Positions 1 to 12,400 of a stretch of DNA of 64,000 nucleotides are shown here, in pieces; within the stretch, counting starts at the first letter, position 1; each line of letters opens with the position of its first letter. Made by a program: the position numbers and the translations under genes. Below the pieces are notes generated by a model. That model worked only from the letters and a program-made list of their open reading frames with translations. It searched no databases and had not been told where the DNA came from. The stretch comes from Podarcis muralis (Eukaryota). The stretch is taken from positions 45,136,001 through 45,200,000 of the forward strand of contig NC_135659.1 of NCBI RefSeq assembly GCF_964188315.1, read 5' to 3'.

Positions 1-56
1 CCCAATTTGTAACTGGAAAAGACTGCAAATAGTTTGCATTATATATGAATCTTATA

Positions 57-290
57 CAGTGGTACCTCGGGTTACATACGCTTCAGGTTACATAAGCTTC
101 AGGTTACACACTCTGCTAACCCAGAAATAGTGCTTCAGGTTAAAAACTTAGCTTCAGGATAAGAACAGAAATCGGGCTCCGGCGGCAGCAGGAGGCCCCA
201 TTAGCTAAAGTGGTGCTTCAGGTTAAGAACAGCTTCAGGTTAAGAACGGACCTCCGGAATGAATTACGTACTTAACCCGAGGTACCACTG
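57..290. mobile_element. Tigger/pogo-type (Tc1-mariner) MITE
   Basis: TIRs CAGTGGTACCTCGGGTTA...TAACCCGAGGTACCACTG; TA target duplication at 55-56 and 291-292; internal CTTCAGGTTA subrepeats; a second copy lies at 51457-51682. Confidence 0.9.
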
Positions 291-781
291 TATTAGATAA
301 GCATTTCCCATGAAGAACAGTCAAGATGCTATCTTGCACACCTAGTTTTCCCATTTATACATTGCAGCAAAAGGCAATTTACCAGCCCTTCAGCAGCAAA
401 TGAATTTCAGAGTGACCCACACTCAATTAAAAATAAAAAAATATTATATAATAATGATTAAAACTGAAACAATTGGTTAGCAGATGGATGCTATAAAGAC
501 AATTTGTTTCACAATTAGGCAGATGTAGGCAGTCACTAAGAGTAGTAGGGAGATAGTAGAGGTCGTTATTATTTCAACTGTCTGCTTGCTATGGCACCGA
601 GGGGTTGCTAGGTTGTTGTTTTTCCCCTCCTAATCTTGCTTTGCATTGGTTAAAAAGGATTCTCATTCAGCAGCTATCTTAACATCTGCACAAATACAAG
701 GTGAAGGAGAGTGACAGCAGTGACCAGCCAGATGCAACAAGAGTAACGGATGGAAAAAGAAGGTAGAGGCAGCATATCAGT

Positions 782-900
782 CAGGTGCGGGGAAGCTCTG
801 GCTCTCCAGATGTTGATGAACTACAACTCCCATCATCCTTGGCCATGCTTGCTAGAGCTGGTGTGAAATTTAGTTCAGCAACATCTGGCAGGCAAAAGGC
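782..900. mobile_element. Palindromic short MITE-like repeat (ACTACAACTCCCATCATCC family), diverged
   Basis: CCAGATGTTG...CAACATCTGG inverted arms around the ACTACAACTCCCATCATCC core; related copies at about 6170, 20110, 28700 and 49913. Boundaries approximate. Confidence 0.6.
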
Positions 901-2841
901 TCTTGGTACCCAATATATATGTTTGCACTAGGTGGAAATAAAAGAGCCCTGAACATACAGACCCAGCCTTTTGGCAAAAGCGGAGAAGCACATATATGAA
1001 TAGTAATGAGCCAGGACACAATCCCAATTAAAACTGGCTTCTGGCTACTGACTGCTCCAGATCAGCAACATCAAGCATGTATCTGAAGAGTTACATACAT
1101 GGCAGAGTTGAAGCTGAGCGCTCCAGCTTCAGGACCCAACATTAGCTCCTTAGCAGAAACGGTGCATGATTTTCTGACCAGAGTTGACAAGGACTGTAAA
1201 CACTGCTTCTAAATTTTGCACGGCAATTCCTGAGGGCCTTGACGTGCCATTTAAAGGATAATTAATGAATACATTAAAAGGATAATTATTATGGAGTTTA
1301 ATATAGCAGGCAAACTGATCATTAAGGCTTAGAGAGAATTCTTGTTGTGTTCATTACTTAAGAATACCACAGGGATCTGATATTTACCACCACTTTGTAC
1401 ACTATTGACCCTCTCTGTAGGTTCTCACAATAAACTTTGATTTACAAACACTTAATTACGGATATAAAGTTTGCCTGAAATACAGAGCATCCAAAGGGCT
1501 TTAGCACAGATTTAGTGCATTAAAATGTGTGATCTCCAGTGTTGCACAAGCAGGCTTTTGCTCACACTATGGGACTTCGCTTCCCCCCACCATGCAGCTC
1601 ATTGAGGACCCCCAAAATTTGCTCCAGAGTGCCAATCCATGGGAACTGAAAGGGGGGGGGGAGGAGGAGGAGAAGGGAAAGCCAGTTCTGCTGCTGTGCT
1701 AATACCATGCGGTATCGTCCATTGAGATTAACAATCCATTGCCATGCTTTCCTTTCTTTGAATTATTAGGATGATATGTACATGCTGGCTATGCAAAAGC
1801 AAATGTTTTTTTCTACTCCTCCTACCCATCAGTTAGAGTCCAGGGTCATGTAGAGTCCATGGTCTTCTAACACATGACTCTGCTCAACTTTATAATCATA
1901 GTAAGATTATAGTAGTATATTATGTTTATATAATCATATTAAGATTTCCTAGTTCCACCCCATACCTTCTGCAGTTAGGCAGGTAACAACTAGGGAGAGA
2001 CAGAAAGGTTTTCTCATTCTACAACACCAAAAGATGAATTTCCATGTAATTTCTCACAATGCTGCAAAAACCTTTTTTAAATTATTTATTTATTTATTTA
2101 ACTATTGCTTTCTTCCTTCCCTGCTGATTGAAGAGGTGAAGACAGATGGAACATTTTTAGAGCACTGGGGATGGGTTGGAAACACACCCATTGCATTCAA
2201 TATAAATCTACATTAGTTTTTAGTTCTAGGAAGAAAGATCCTGCTCTGTAAATTGAGGGTGTCTCAGTTTCGTTGAGAAAAAGCCAGCTATAGATAGTGC
2301 TCACTAGATATCGCCTATGATGCTAATCAGCACACACAATCTCTGGCGCAGCTTTGAAACTTAAAAAAATTCAGGGGGAAAACATATAAGTGAACACACT
2401 TACGTATAGGGCTTAAAACCTTTTTAAAAAATCAGATAGTCTTGCTGGAACATGACATTCTACATGATTCTATGCAGCAGATTTCCTGCATCTGCAAGGG
2501 GTTGGACTAGATGACCTTTGGAGTGCTTTCCATCACCAGGATTCTCTGAGAAGAGCAAGAAATCTGCTGCCTAGACTCATGGAGAGAATAATAACGTCTC
2601 CCCATATTTCAGCAGGCTGCCTGCCTTTAATACCCAGCCATTTGATGACTGAAGGACACTGTTCCTGACAACCCTGAAATCACTGGATGAGATTATGTTT
2701 TAACTGTTTCAGAACATTTTTTGTTTTGTTTTGTTTTGTTGTTGCAACTTGGGCTCCTTTGGGAGGAAGAGGCAAGGTGTAAATAAAATAACATAATGTT
2801 ACATAAATAATAGTTAAATCACTATAGGCAAGGGGTAACTG

Positions 2842-3632
2842 TAGAATCATAGAATCATAGAATCATAGAATCATAGAATCATAGAATCATAGAATCATAG
2901 AATCATAGAGTTGGAAGAGACCACAAGGGCCATCGAGTCCAACCCCCTGCCAAGCAGGAAACACCATCAGAGCACTCCTGACATATGGTTGTCAAGCCTC
3001 TGCTTAAAGACCTCCAAAGAAGGAGACTCCACCACACTCCTTGGCAGCAAATTCCACTGTCGAACAGCTCTTACTGTCAGGAAGTTCTTCCTAATGTTTA
3101 GGTGGAATCTTCTTTCTTGTAGTTTGGATCCATTGCTCCGTGTCCGCTTCTCTGGAGCAGCAGAAAACAGCCTTTCTCCCTCCTCTATGTGACATCCTTT
3201 TATATATTTGAACATGGCTATCATATCACCCCTTAACCTCCTCTTCTCCAGGCTAAACATGCCCAGCTCCCTTAGCCGTTCCTCATAAGGCATCATTTCC
3301 AGGCCTTTGACCATTTTGGTTGCCCTCCTCTGGACACGTTCCAGTTTGTCAGTGTCCTTCTTAAACTGTGGTGCCCAGAACTGGACACAGTACTCCAGGT
3401 GAGGTCTGACCAGAGCAGAATACAGTGGCACTATTACTTCCCTTGATCTAGATGCTATACTCCTATTGATGAGGCCCAGAATTGCATTGGCTTTTTTAGC
3501 TGCCGCGTCACACTGTTGGCTCATGTCAAGTTTGTGGTCAACCAAGACTCCTAGATCCTTTTCACATGTACTGCTCTCAAGCCAGGTGTCACCCATCTTG
3601 TATTTGTGCCTCTCATTTTTTTTGCCCAAGTG
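2842..3632 (-). mobile_element. CR1 LINE 3' fragment (ORF2 C-terminus, 3'UTR and tail)
   Basis: ORF 2967-3629 (EKDLGVLVD..., [23 protein letters not shown]) is typical of the CR1 ORF2 end; eight TAGAATCA copies at 2842-2905 form the (ATTCTATG)n tail; 5' truncated. Confidence 0.95.
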
Positions 3633-4357
3633 CCCCTAAAGGACCAGGTGCGCAGCCTGGGAGTCATTTTGGACTCACAGCTGTCCATGGAGGCGCAGGT
3701 TAACTCTGTGTCCAGGGCAGCTGTCTACCAGCTCCACCTGGTACGCAGGCTAAGACCCTACCTGCCCGCGAACTGTCTCGCCAGAGTGGTGCATGCTCTA
3801 GTTATCTCACGCTTGGACTACTGCAACGCGCTCTACGTGGGGCTACCTTTGAAGGTGACCCGGAAACTGCAATTAATCCAGAATGCGGCAGCTAGACTGG
3901 TGACTGGGAGTGGCCGCCGGGACCATATAACACCGGTTCTGAGAGACCTGCATTGGCTCCCAGTACGTTTCCGAGCACGATTCAAAGTGTTGGTGCTGAC
4001 CTTTAAAGCCCTAAACGGCCTCGGTCCTGTATACCTGAAGGAGCGTCTCCACCCCCATCATTCAGCCCGGACACTGAGATCCAGCACCGAGGGCCTTCTG
4101 GCGGTTCCCTCATTGCGAGAAGTGAGGCTACAGGGAACCAGACAGAGGGCCTTCTCAGTAGTGGCGCCCGCCCTGTGGAACGCCCTCCCATCAGATGTCA
4201 AAGAGATAAATAATTACCTGATATTCAGAAGACATCTTAAGGCAGCCCTGTACCGGGAAGTTTTTAATATGTAACGCTGTACTGTTTTTAACACTGATTG
4301 GGAGCCGCCCAGAGTGGCTGGGGAAACTCAGCCAGATGGGCGGGGTATAAATAAAAA

Positions 4358-4405
<48 letters not shown>
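3631..4405 (+). mobile_element. L2 LINE 3' fragment (ORF2 C-terminus, 3'UTR and tail)
   Basis: ORF to 4274 (VRSLGVILDS, SRLDYCNALY, HITPVLRDLHWLPV, RAFSVVAPALWNALP) is typical of the L2 clade; 3'UTR AGCCGCCCAGAGTGGCTGGG; (ATT)n tail at 4358-4405. Confidence 0.93.
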
Positions 4406-4406
<1 letters not shown>

Positions 4407-4664
4407 CCCTTATTTTTTAAAAAGTTGCAAATCATTGTTTGTTGTTATGTGTACAACATGCAAATTATAAATACAGACTCATATCCACTATAAAGTTCAA
4501 CTAGAATTTAAACCTTATGCCTCTCGTCACTAAGATCAGCACTTTTCCATTTTGAATTCCTGGCATCTGTCCTAAATCCGTAACAGAACCACCCCAACTT
4601 TGTAAATAAAAATGCTTCTCATTCAAAGCCATTTTCAGAAAATAAGTAATAAAAGACACAGTAC

Positions 4665-6252
4665 CTCCAGCTCTAGAGCTTCAGCCAGTAGCTTCCGTGC
4701 ATTCTGCCTAAGCTTCTCTGTCCTGGGATTACTCCTCACTTCTATTGAGGGTCTATTTGAATGGTCTTTGATGAATGTTCGCCACTCAGTATACACTTCT
4801 TTGGCAAGAGCGGCCACATCCTGATCTGAATGCTTGCGCATCTTGTTCACTGTATGACCTTGCAGAAGATGAAAGCAACACAAAGTCTTAGCACACATTA
4901 ATACATACTAGTATGAATGAAGCTTCTATAAACTGAGGGCAAGCTTGGAAGGACCTGGAATCAGTAACATGGGTGAAAAAGACTTGCCATGAGATGGAAT
5001 GACATTTGGCTGCTTTGCCAGCAGTTTCCAGGCCAGTGTTATTTCCACCAAAGCCTGCTATAAGCCCAGAGATTTAGCACAGCAGTTATGACAGCTGGAA
5101 CATCTGTATACATCTTCACTTCTCTATAAGAGTTCTTGACTAATTCATTGTATTTAAATATATTTAAAGCTGCCTTGGTAACTTTGGTTATTGCTAGAGG
5201 TATAATGACCAACTAAGACAGCTAACATAAGATCAGTGAGGGCAAAGAGTGGGGAAAGGTCTTTAACATGGACATTTAAAATGCCAGTCAGGTTTAAGCT
5301 CACATTATTTATATATATATATATTCAACATGCCAAGCATTTTTAAAATGAGCACAACTGATAGGTCTCAGTTTATTCAAATGAACCACATACATATTTC
5401 CAATGGAAACTTAAAAAAAGAATGTTACCTATTTTTGTTGAAAGTAAAACTTCTTTGGAGGGTATTTTCTTCTTTAATTCCATTAAGGCTTCAATTAGAT
5501 TCTCCTTAGACTGAACTGAAAGCTCTAGCATAGATTTCCATCTTTTTATATCTTCTATAACCACAACTCTCTGCAAAGAACAATCATCATTAGGAGACAG
5601 AAAGAGGCACACATAACTTATTTCAGATAAATGTACTGTATTCTGTGTCAGCTAATATGATTGCTATTGACTTATGAATTATTAAATATGACAGGTAGAC
5701 TAAGTGCAGGAAACCTAGGTAATCCAAACAGACGAATACTTGTTTCACAGTAAGTCCCTGATGTGAAGCAAATGAGAGAAATCTAGAAAGCAAAATAAAC
5801 TCATTAGACTGCCATCTTCAATCCACTTACTATTCTGAAGTGAGTGTTTTAAGCAGGGTTTTTTAAAACAAAACCAAACATGAAAACACCTCATTGTATT
5901 GTCAACTACCAGCTCTTATTTTTCATCTCATCCCAATGTAAGGTCATCCCTGCACTTACCAAATATTTTTTTCAAGCCACAGCCCATCATACAAATTCTT
6001 CATTCCAAATCTCAGTAGGCCAAACCCCTCAAGCAAATATAACGCCCCCCTCCTGACTTGGTCCACTGTAAGCGAACTTTTTAATTCACTGATGCAGCGC
6101 TTTTTATTGTCAGTCTTTACATGGACTTCTTGCAGTTTCTTCACCACTTTGGACCCACTCCTTCTACCAGGAGAGGGGAACCTGTGGCCCTCTAGCACCT
6201 GCTGGACCCTTAACTCCCATCAGCCCCAGACAGCATGGCCAATAATCAAAAG

Positions 6253-6297
<45 letters not shown>

Positions 6298-7597
6298 TTT
6301 TATTTATATCCCGCTCTCCCCAGCCGAAGCTGGGCTCAGGGCGGCTAACAACAATCAAATAACCAAATAGTTGAATAATCACACATTCTAAAATATTTCA
6401 TTATAAAAATTAATTAAAATCAAATTGATGGCAACCAAAATACTGTGCAGGTTGCCAGAGGAGGGAGTCAGGCTGCGCCCTGACCAAAGGCCTGGTGGAA
6501 CAACTCTGTCTTGCAGGCCCTGCGGAAAGATGTCAGGTCCCGCAGGGCCCTAGTCTCTTGTGACAGAGCATTCCACCAGATTGGAGCCGCAGCCGAGAAG
6601 GCCCTGGCTCTAGTTGAGGCCAGCCTAACCTCTCTGAGGCCTGGGACCTTAAGGATGTTTTTATTTACAGATCGTAGGTTTCTCTGTGGGGCATACCAGG
6701 AGAGACGGTCCCGTAGGTACGAGGGTCCTAGGCCGTATAGGGCTTTAAAGGCTTTAAAGATGATAGATGCTGTAGTCCAGCTCATCAAAGTAAAGTGCAT
6801 CATCAAAGCAGTTTCACTGAAGCTTTTGACTACCGCATTAGGACCTCTCTAGCAGGAACGGTTTGTAAACTGCATGCACAGTGTCAGATCCATCCCCACA
6901 GCACCCTCAAGCCTCTCCTGAAGGTGGTGGTGGTGGTGGACCCTGCTGCATGTGGTTAAGGCGTATAAGGCTAAAGGGAAAGGGGGAAGAAAGGGCAGGG
7001 AAGTCATCTTGCACCCAACCACTTCTGCCCACATTTCTCTGGATCCAACCCATACTATAAAAAAATGTGTTTCTGACTACTAGGGAACCTTAATAGTTCA
7101 CTGTGCAACATGTTAATTAATGATTTTGTTCCAACGACTGTGAAGGGACTAACCACACCCACCCAGACCCAAGTACATATTGCCCTATAGGATTTTGTCC
7201 CTACCTATCTCTCAAAATAACTTCTGCTTTGCTAGTACTTTTTTATTTCATATACTGCCCTTCATCTGAAGATCACAAGGTGGTTCACAACATCAAGAAA
7301 TGAAAGGAGAACACAAAATACAAAATAAAACAAAAAGAAACCAATAACCCTCCTCCTCTGCTTGACTAAGTTTCGCCTTCCCTATTTGTACGCTCAGAAA
7401 CACTGTCAATCTATCTGAAACAAAAGGACAGCCATAACATATTACAGTAGACATTTAATGAAATTAGAATAATTTGGGCATATCCAATATCTTACCTTCA
7501 GAGATTCTATAGTAGCTTGCTTGTAAATCTTTTCTCCGGGATCTTTCTCCTTAGGGTGTCCTTCAGTTCTGGGTTTTCGTATAACAAACTTATCCAT
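4665..7597 (-). CDS. TCEANC2: Transcription elongation factor A N-terminal and central domain-containing protein 2, partial (3 coding exons; final exon not found in window)
   Basis: Exons 7597-7496 ([10 protein letters not shown]...IESLK), 5570-5429 ([12 protein letters not shown]...STKI) and 4858-4665 ([12 protein letters not shown]...ALELE), with GT-AG boundaries and consistent phases. The first coding exon's acceptor gives an exon start at 7626; a likely non-coding exon donor is at 8316. Confidence 0.93.
6255..6755 (-). mobile_element. L2 LINE 3' fragment (second subfamily) inserted in a MITE
   Basis: ORF 6468-6806 ([13 protein letters not shown]...[14 protein letters not shown]); (AAT)n tail at about 6255-6294; AAAGAT duplicated at 6249-6254 and 6756-6761; halves of the ACTCCCATC-family MITE flank it (about 6170-6250 and 6762-6790). 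Confidence 0.88.
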
Positions 7598-8299
7598 AAC
7601 ACAGTCCTTTAAAGAGACAGAAGTCACTGAATGGAGCAAAAAGACAATTCTGTTTCAAAGGCTGGGTGTGTGCATGTGTGCACACGCACTGTACAATTAT
7701 CTTCTTCAGTAGAACATCTGGGGTTGATACAGAACTTGCAGCTATAACGAACACATCACAGTGCCCATTAATATGAAGAAAATGGTGATAGCAGGAAAGG
7801 AGTGGGGGAGGAAAGAGACTTTCATACTCTAACTGGCAGCTTGGAATAAAACCACAGAATCTGAGTTAATAATGTGTAACAACAGAAGACAGAGAAGAAA
7901 ATTGGGTATCAGACCACAAGTACTCAAACCTCTCAGAAGCAGCAATGGTTTGATGGAGACCAGGGGTTAATATCCTTCAAAGATGGGACTGTTTGGAGTC
8001 ATGCCCTCTGTTTTGGACGTTGTTCCTCAACTATAGATTTGAGAGGGCCTCCTATTAGCACCCAGGGTAAGAGGGCGATCGGTTAGCTACTATTCCTTCC
8101 TATATTGCAAGCCGACCAGACAATAGAGAAAGGACGAAGAACATTCACAATGCAGGCTTGATGATCAAAGCGAGTTAAAAGGCAGGCAATGCTGTGAAAC
8201 CCTGAGAAACATTATGTCCGAGAAGGATGGGGGGAGAGACCACGGTCTGAAGCGCCTGAGCTCAGGGCAAGCCTCTTACGTCGAAGGAATGGTGGTGAA

Positions 8300-9450
8300 C
8301 TTGCGGTGGACTCACCTGGGAAGGAGCAGCACTCGCCCAAAATGCTTCCCGGCTGCCTATTAGCTTCCGGTATTGCAGCTCCCATCCCGCCTCCAGCCTC
8401 CCCGAACTACATTTCCCGGCAGGTCTTGCGCCGCGCTCTGTCTTAGCTCTCACGATGTCTCCTCTTCCAATCACGCGCCACTAAGTCATTCATGGAGGCA
8501 GCCTATTGTTTTTTAAGGGTGATGGCTACTCAGAAGTACGTCCTGTTGAATTTAGTGGGGCTTACTCCCATGTAAGTAGAGCTGGGATTGCAGTTTAAGT
8601 AGCACAACACCCATCACGGAGATGGAAGCTGCATGGTTCCTTAGAACTCCCCCCCCCCAAGGGAGAGAGAAAGAGAGAGCGCCCTTCACAGGAAACTGGG
8701 GGAATCTAGGATTTTTAGCGTAGTTGTGGTTGGACAGCGATCATGTTCATACTGTTTCTAACGTTAAGCTTCTGTCGCGTGGAAAGTGTCCTAAAATTGC
8801 TCTAAAATCATCAATTCCAAGACACCAATTCCAATCATCAATTCCAATTTGATTTTATTACCTCCAAACCAGAGGCAGGAAGGACCAAGACGGGTGTGGA
8901 TTTGTGTTTAACGCCCCACCACCACCATCAATCAAGCCCTCATATTGCAGGAAGCAATGTCGGCCTCAGTTCAGTTGCCTCCTCAGAGCCGATCTCCGAG
9001 CCAAAATCCAGCGCGCTCAGCTGCATTGAGAAGCCTCGCTCCCTTGAACGTTCACGCAGAAACCTTATGCTTTCCAAGTTTTAAAATCTTTTTATCATTA
9101 TTTTTAACACCCCAAATTATCGAATTCTTCATATGAAACTAAGTTGCAAATAGTACGGCATCCTCTCTTGGTTGCTTTCTCCAGTGAATACACCGCGGAA
9201 CAAATAATGTAGTACTAAAAACCGAGTGTATCCCCGCAACCCGCTTCTTTTATACGGGCAGCTCTCCCTTCTGCCCAGGAAGGGGGTGTGAACCGCACAA
9301 AGAAACCCGGAAGTCCGCTTCCTCCGTCCAGTCTAACCCATTTAAGTCCGCAGAGCTGTTGGGCGGGTGCCGGAAACCGGAAGCGCGAAAGGGGCGGTTA
9401 ACAAAAATAAACAACCGTCTGGCTGGGGGTTGGCGATTCAAGATGGCGGC
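8300..9450. promoter_or_regulatory. Bidirectional CpG promoter region TCEANC2/TMEM59
   Basis: CpG-rich; ZNF143-type ACTACATTTCCC at 8406-8417; ETS CCGGAAG at 9307 and 9377; YY1-type CAAGATGGCGGC at 9439-9450 overlapping the TMEM59 ATG. Confidence 0.75.
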
Positions 9451-12400
9451 GCTGCGGCCGAGCCGTTTGGGGCTGGGGTCTCTTCTTCTCCTGCTGCTGC
9501 TCGCCGTGGGCGACGAGGCGGCCCGGCCCGAATTAGAGCCCGTTCCGGAGTCCCTCTCCGAGTCTTTCGAGCCGGCGCTGGGGAACACCGCCCCTTGCCA
9601 GCGGACGTGCCAGAGCACCTACCCGCTCCATACTTACCCCAAGGTAACAAGCGGCGGGCGGGCGGGTGGGGTGGGGGGCGCCCCACCTTCCCTACTGAAA
9701 GATTCCGCCACCCCCAAGAACCACGTCACGATAGCAGCCAGTTAGTGGGACCTTCTCTACATTTCCCCTTTTTCATCCTGCCACCTGCATTTAAGCCCCG
9801 GGAGCTCCTGGTTTCTTAAATAAAAAAATTAGAATCTGACCCCAGAAGGGGCAGCCCCTGTGGCATCGCTGCTTATATTTAAGATCTCCCCACCACCACC
9901 CTCAGTGTAGGGATGTGACCGTGGCTTGTTCTCCTTTCGCTGTGCAGCCCTCGGGGCAACTGGCAGCCGGGGCTGCATATTCTTCCTGGCAAGGAGAGGG
10001 AATGGGAAGGAAGCCACACTCCCTGCGGCTGCGGCTGCTCCTCCTTTGGCCGGTGGATGGGGCCTGACTGGTTTTGCCAGTGCTGCGATGCCCTTCCTGG
10101 GGTTGCAACCGCCAAGTGGCTATGAGAGCACGGACCCGTGGATGGATTTCTCACCTGGTAGTCTTTGACTGCCTGAGGTGGGGCCTCGCAGCTTGGCTGG
10201 GTGCAAGTGGGAGTCTCTCTACAGTTGCTGTCCGCCAAGTTCTGTGCGATCAGCTCTCCTCCACTTTCCTCTCCTCAGCTTGTTGGGCTGGCTAGTACAC
10301 AAAGGAAGTGTGCAAAAATAAATCCTTCACGTGTACCAAAATGCAAAGTGGCATGATTTATTGTTGTTACCTGTTAGCTGCATTCCTCATAGAAGTGGCC
10401 CGAAGAGACTCACAAAATGCTAGCATAGGTCTCAGCTGTCACCTGCACAGCTACAGCATATCTGCAAAAGGCTGTCAACTTTAAGGAAAAGGAAAACTGC
10501 TAAAAAAAGGTATCTGGAACTGCCTTCAGATTCTGGTTTCTATGCAAGCACTTTTGTCAGCTGGTCTGAAGGCCAAATAATGGTTGGGCTAATGATTTTC
10601 AGATTGATTGACATATGGAAACGGAAACTTTTCTATGTTTCCCCATGAAATACTAAGGCTGCAATTTTAGGTGCATTACCTGAGATTAAACTCCAGCTAA
10701 TTCAATGGAATCTGCTTTTCAATAGGCATGCATGGGATTGCACTCTTATTTTTTAGCAAACTGCAAAGTAAAATGTATTGTGTCTATATCATCTACATCT
10801 CTACATTTTTATTACAAAAATATAGTTGTCATTATAGCCCACTTTCCAGCCTATATAACTCCCCCAGTTCCACATCTAGAACCAAAATAGTGACACTTTG
10901 CTGACTTTTATACTACTGTAAATTCACTAAGAGTGTTTGTTCAGTATCTGTCCTGATATCTTTCCTAACTCTCTTCTTCCCAGTGCACACATGGAGCTGA
11001 GAAAATTATTATTTAATTTCACCCACCCAGCCCAGTATTTGTGTAGCTTCTTGTAGCTACCTGCTTCTTACCGTACAAGATAATAGGTTTCTCCTCAATG
11101 TTAGGTCTTTACCTGTCATGATGATTATGTCAAGCTGTTAACATAATGACACATCAGACTAGGGCTTCTCGGCAAACATGCTCCTTCATATCTCTGCCAA
11201 AATTCCTCCTTTCACATCCATATTATTGTTAGCTACTCTATGTCTTCCATGCCATTGTTTGTTCACCATTGCACCCATCAGTGTAATCAATACTGCTTTA
11301 AGACATTGACACTGTTACTTTCCTTGATAGATACCTATGGCACTGTTACTACACAGGAAATACATAGTTACACAATACATTGTCATTTGATTGTTGAACC
11401 GCATAAGAATTACCATTTTGTAGCATGTGTGTTACACCTGCTTTCAGGATCCTGATTAAGCCTGAAATATTCATAATAGATAAATATCTAGCTTATAGGA
11501 GAAGGGGTCCATATGTTGACTGGGGAGAAAGGTAAAGGAACCCCTGACCGTTAGGTCCAGTTACGCGCTTATCTCACTCTATAGGCCGAGGGAGCCGGCA
11601 TTTGTCTGCAAACAGCTTCCGGGTCATGTGGCCAGCATGACTAAACCACTTCTGGCGAACCAGAGCAGCGCACGGAAACACCGTTTACCTTCCCGCCAGA
11701 GCGGTACCTATTTATCTACTTGCACTTGATGTGCTTTTGAACTGCTAGGTGGGCAGGAGCTGGGACCGAACAATGGGAGCTCACCCCATCGTGGGGATTC
11801 GAACTGCCAACCTTCTGATCGGCAAACCCTAGGCTCTGTGGTTTAGACCACAGCACCACCCGCGTCCCTAGACTGCGGAGAAAGGATACATCAAATACAG
11901 TTTGGTCAAAAGCAGTGCCACCCATCCCTAACTCGGGACAGCCACTCCAGAAGGATATCATGGTCAGTGGTATCAAAAACTGCTGAGAGGTTGAGGAGAA
12001 TTAACCAGGACCTATTTCCTCTGTCTCTCTCCCAACAGAGGTCCTCATACAGGGCAATCAAAGCAGTTTCTGTGCCAAAACAGAGCCTAAACCCTGATTG
12101 AAATGGATCTAGAAAATAAATTTCCATCAAGGGCACCTGGATCTGGTCCACCCACTCAAGATAGTTTATATTTGTGCAGCTTGTTCCAAAGTAAACTAAA
12201 TAATAATATTATATTCAACATCTTGGTTTCATATTTGTATAAGGTGTTTCAAGGCTCAGATACAAGACTTTTATTAAAGCCTACTTTTACTAACCTCTGT
12301 AATCTGCTGAAGTCTCAGTGAAAAATCTTGGCTCACTCTTGTAGCTCTGTGAAATAATAAAAGCAAAAGATTTTTGAAGTTAAATTGTGCAGCACATTGT

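Noticed and set aside
585-612. Tandem X-box-like motifs (CTTGCTATGGCACC, GTTGCTAG)
   Set aside because: Two or more mismatches from consensus and far from any identified TSS; there is not enough support.
1-4600. Final coding exon of TCEANC2
   Set aside because: I found no segment encoding the expected C-terminus (ENIERETF...RALVFTLKH-like); it probably lies before position 1.
9250-10295. Many overlapping 60-150 aa ORFs around TMEM59 exon 1
   Set aside because: These are GC-rich CpG-island ORFs with low-complexity Pro/Arg/Gly composition; only 9443-9643 is supported as coding.
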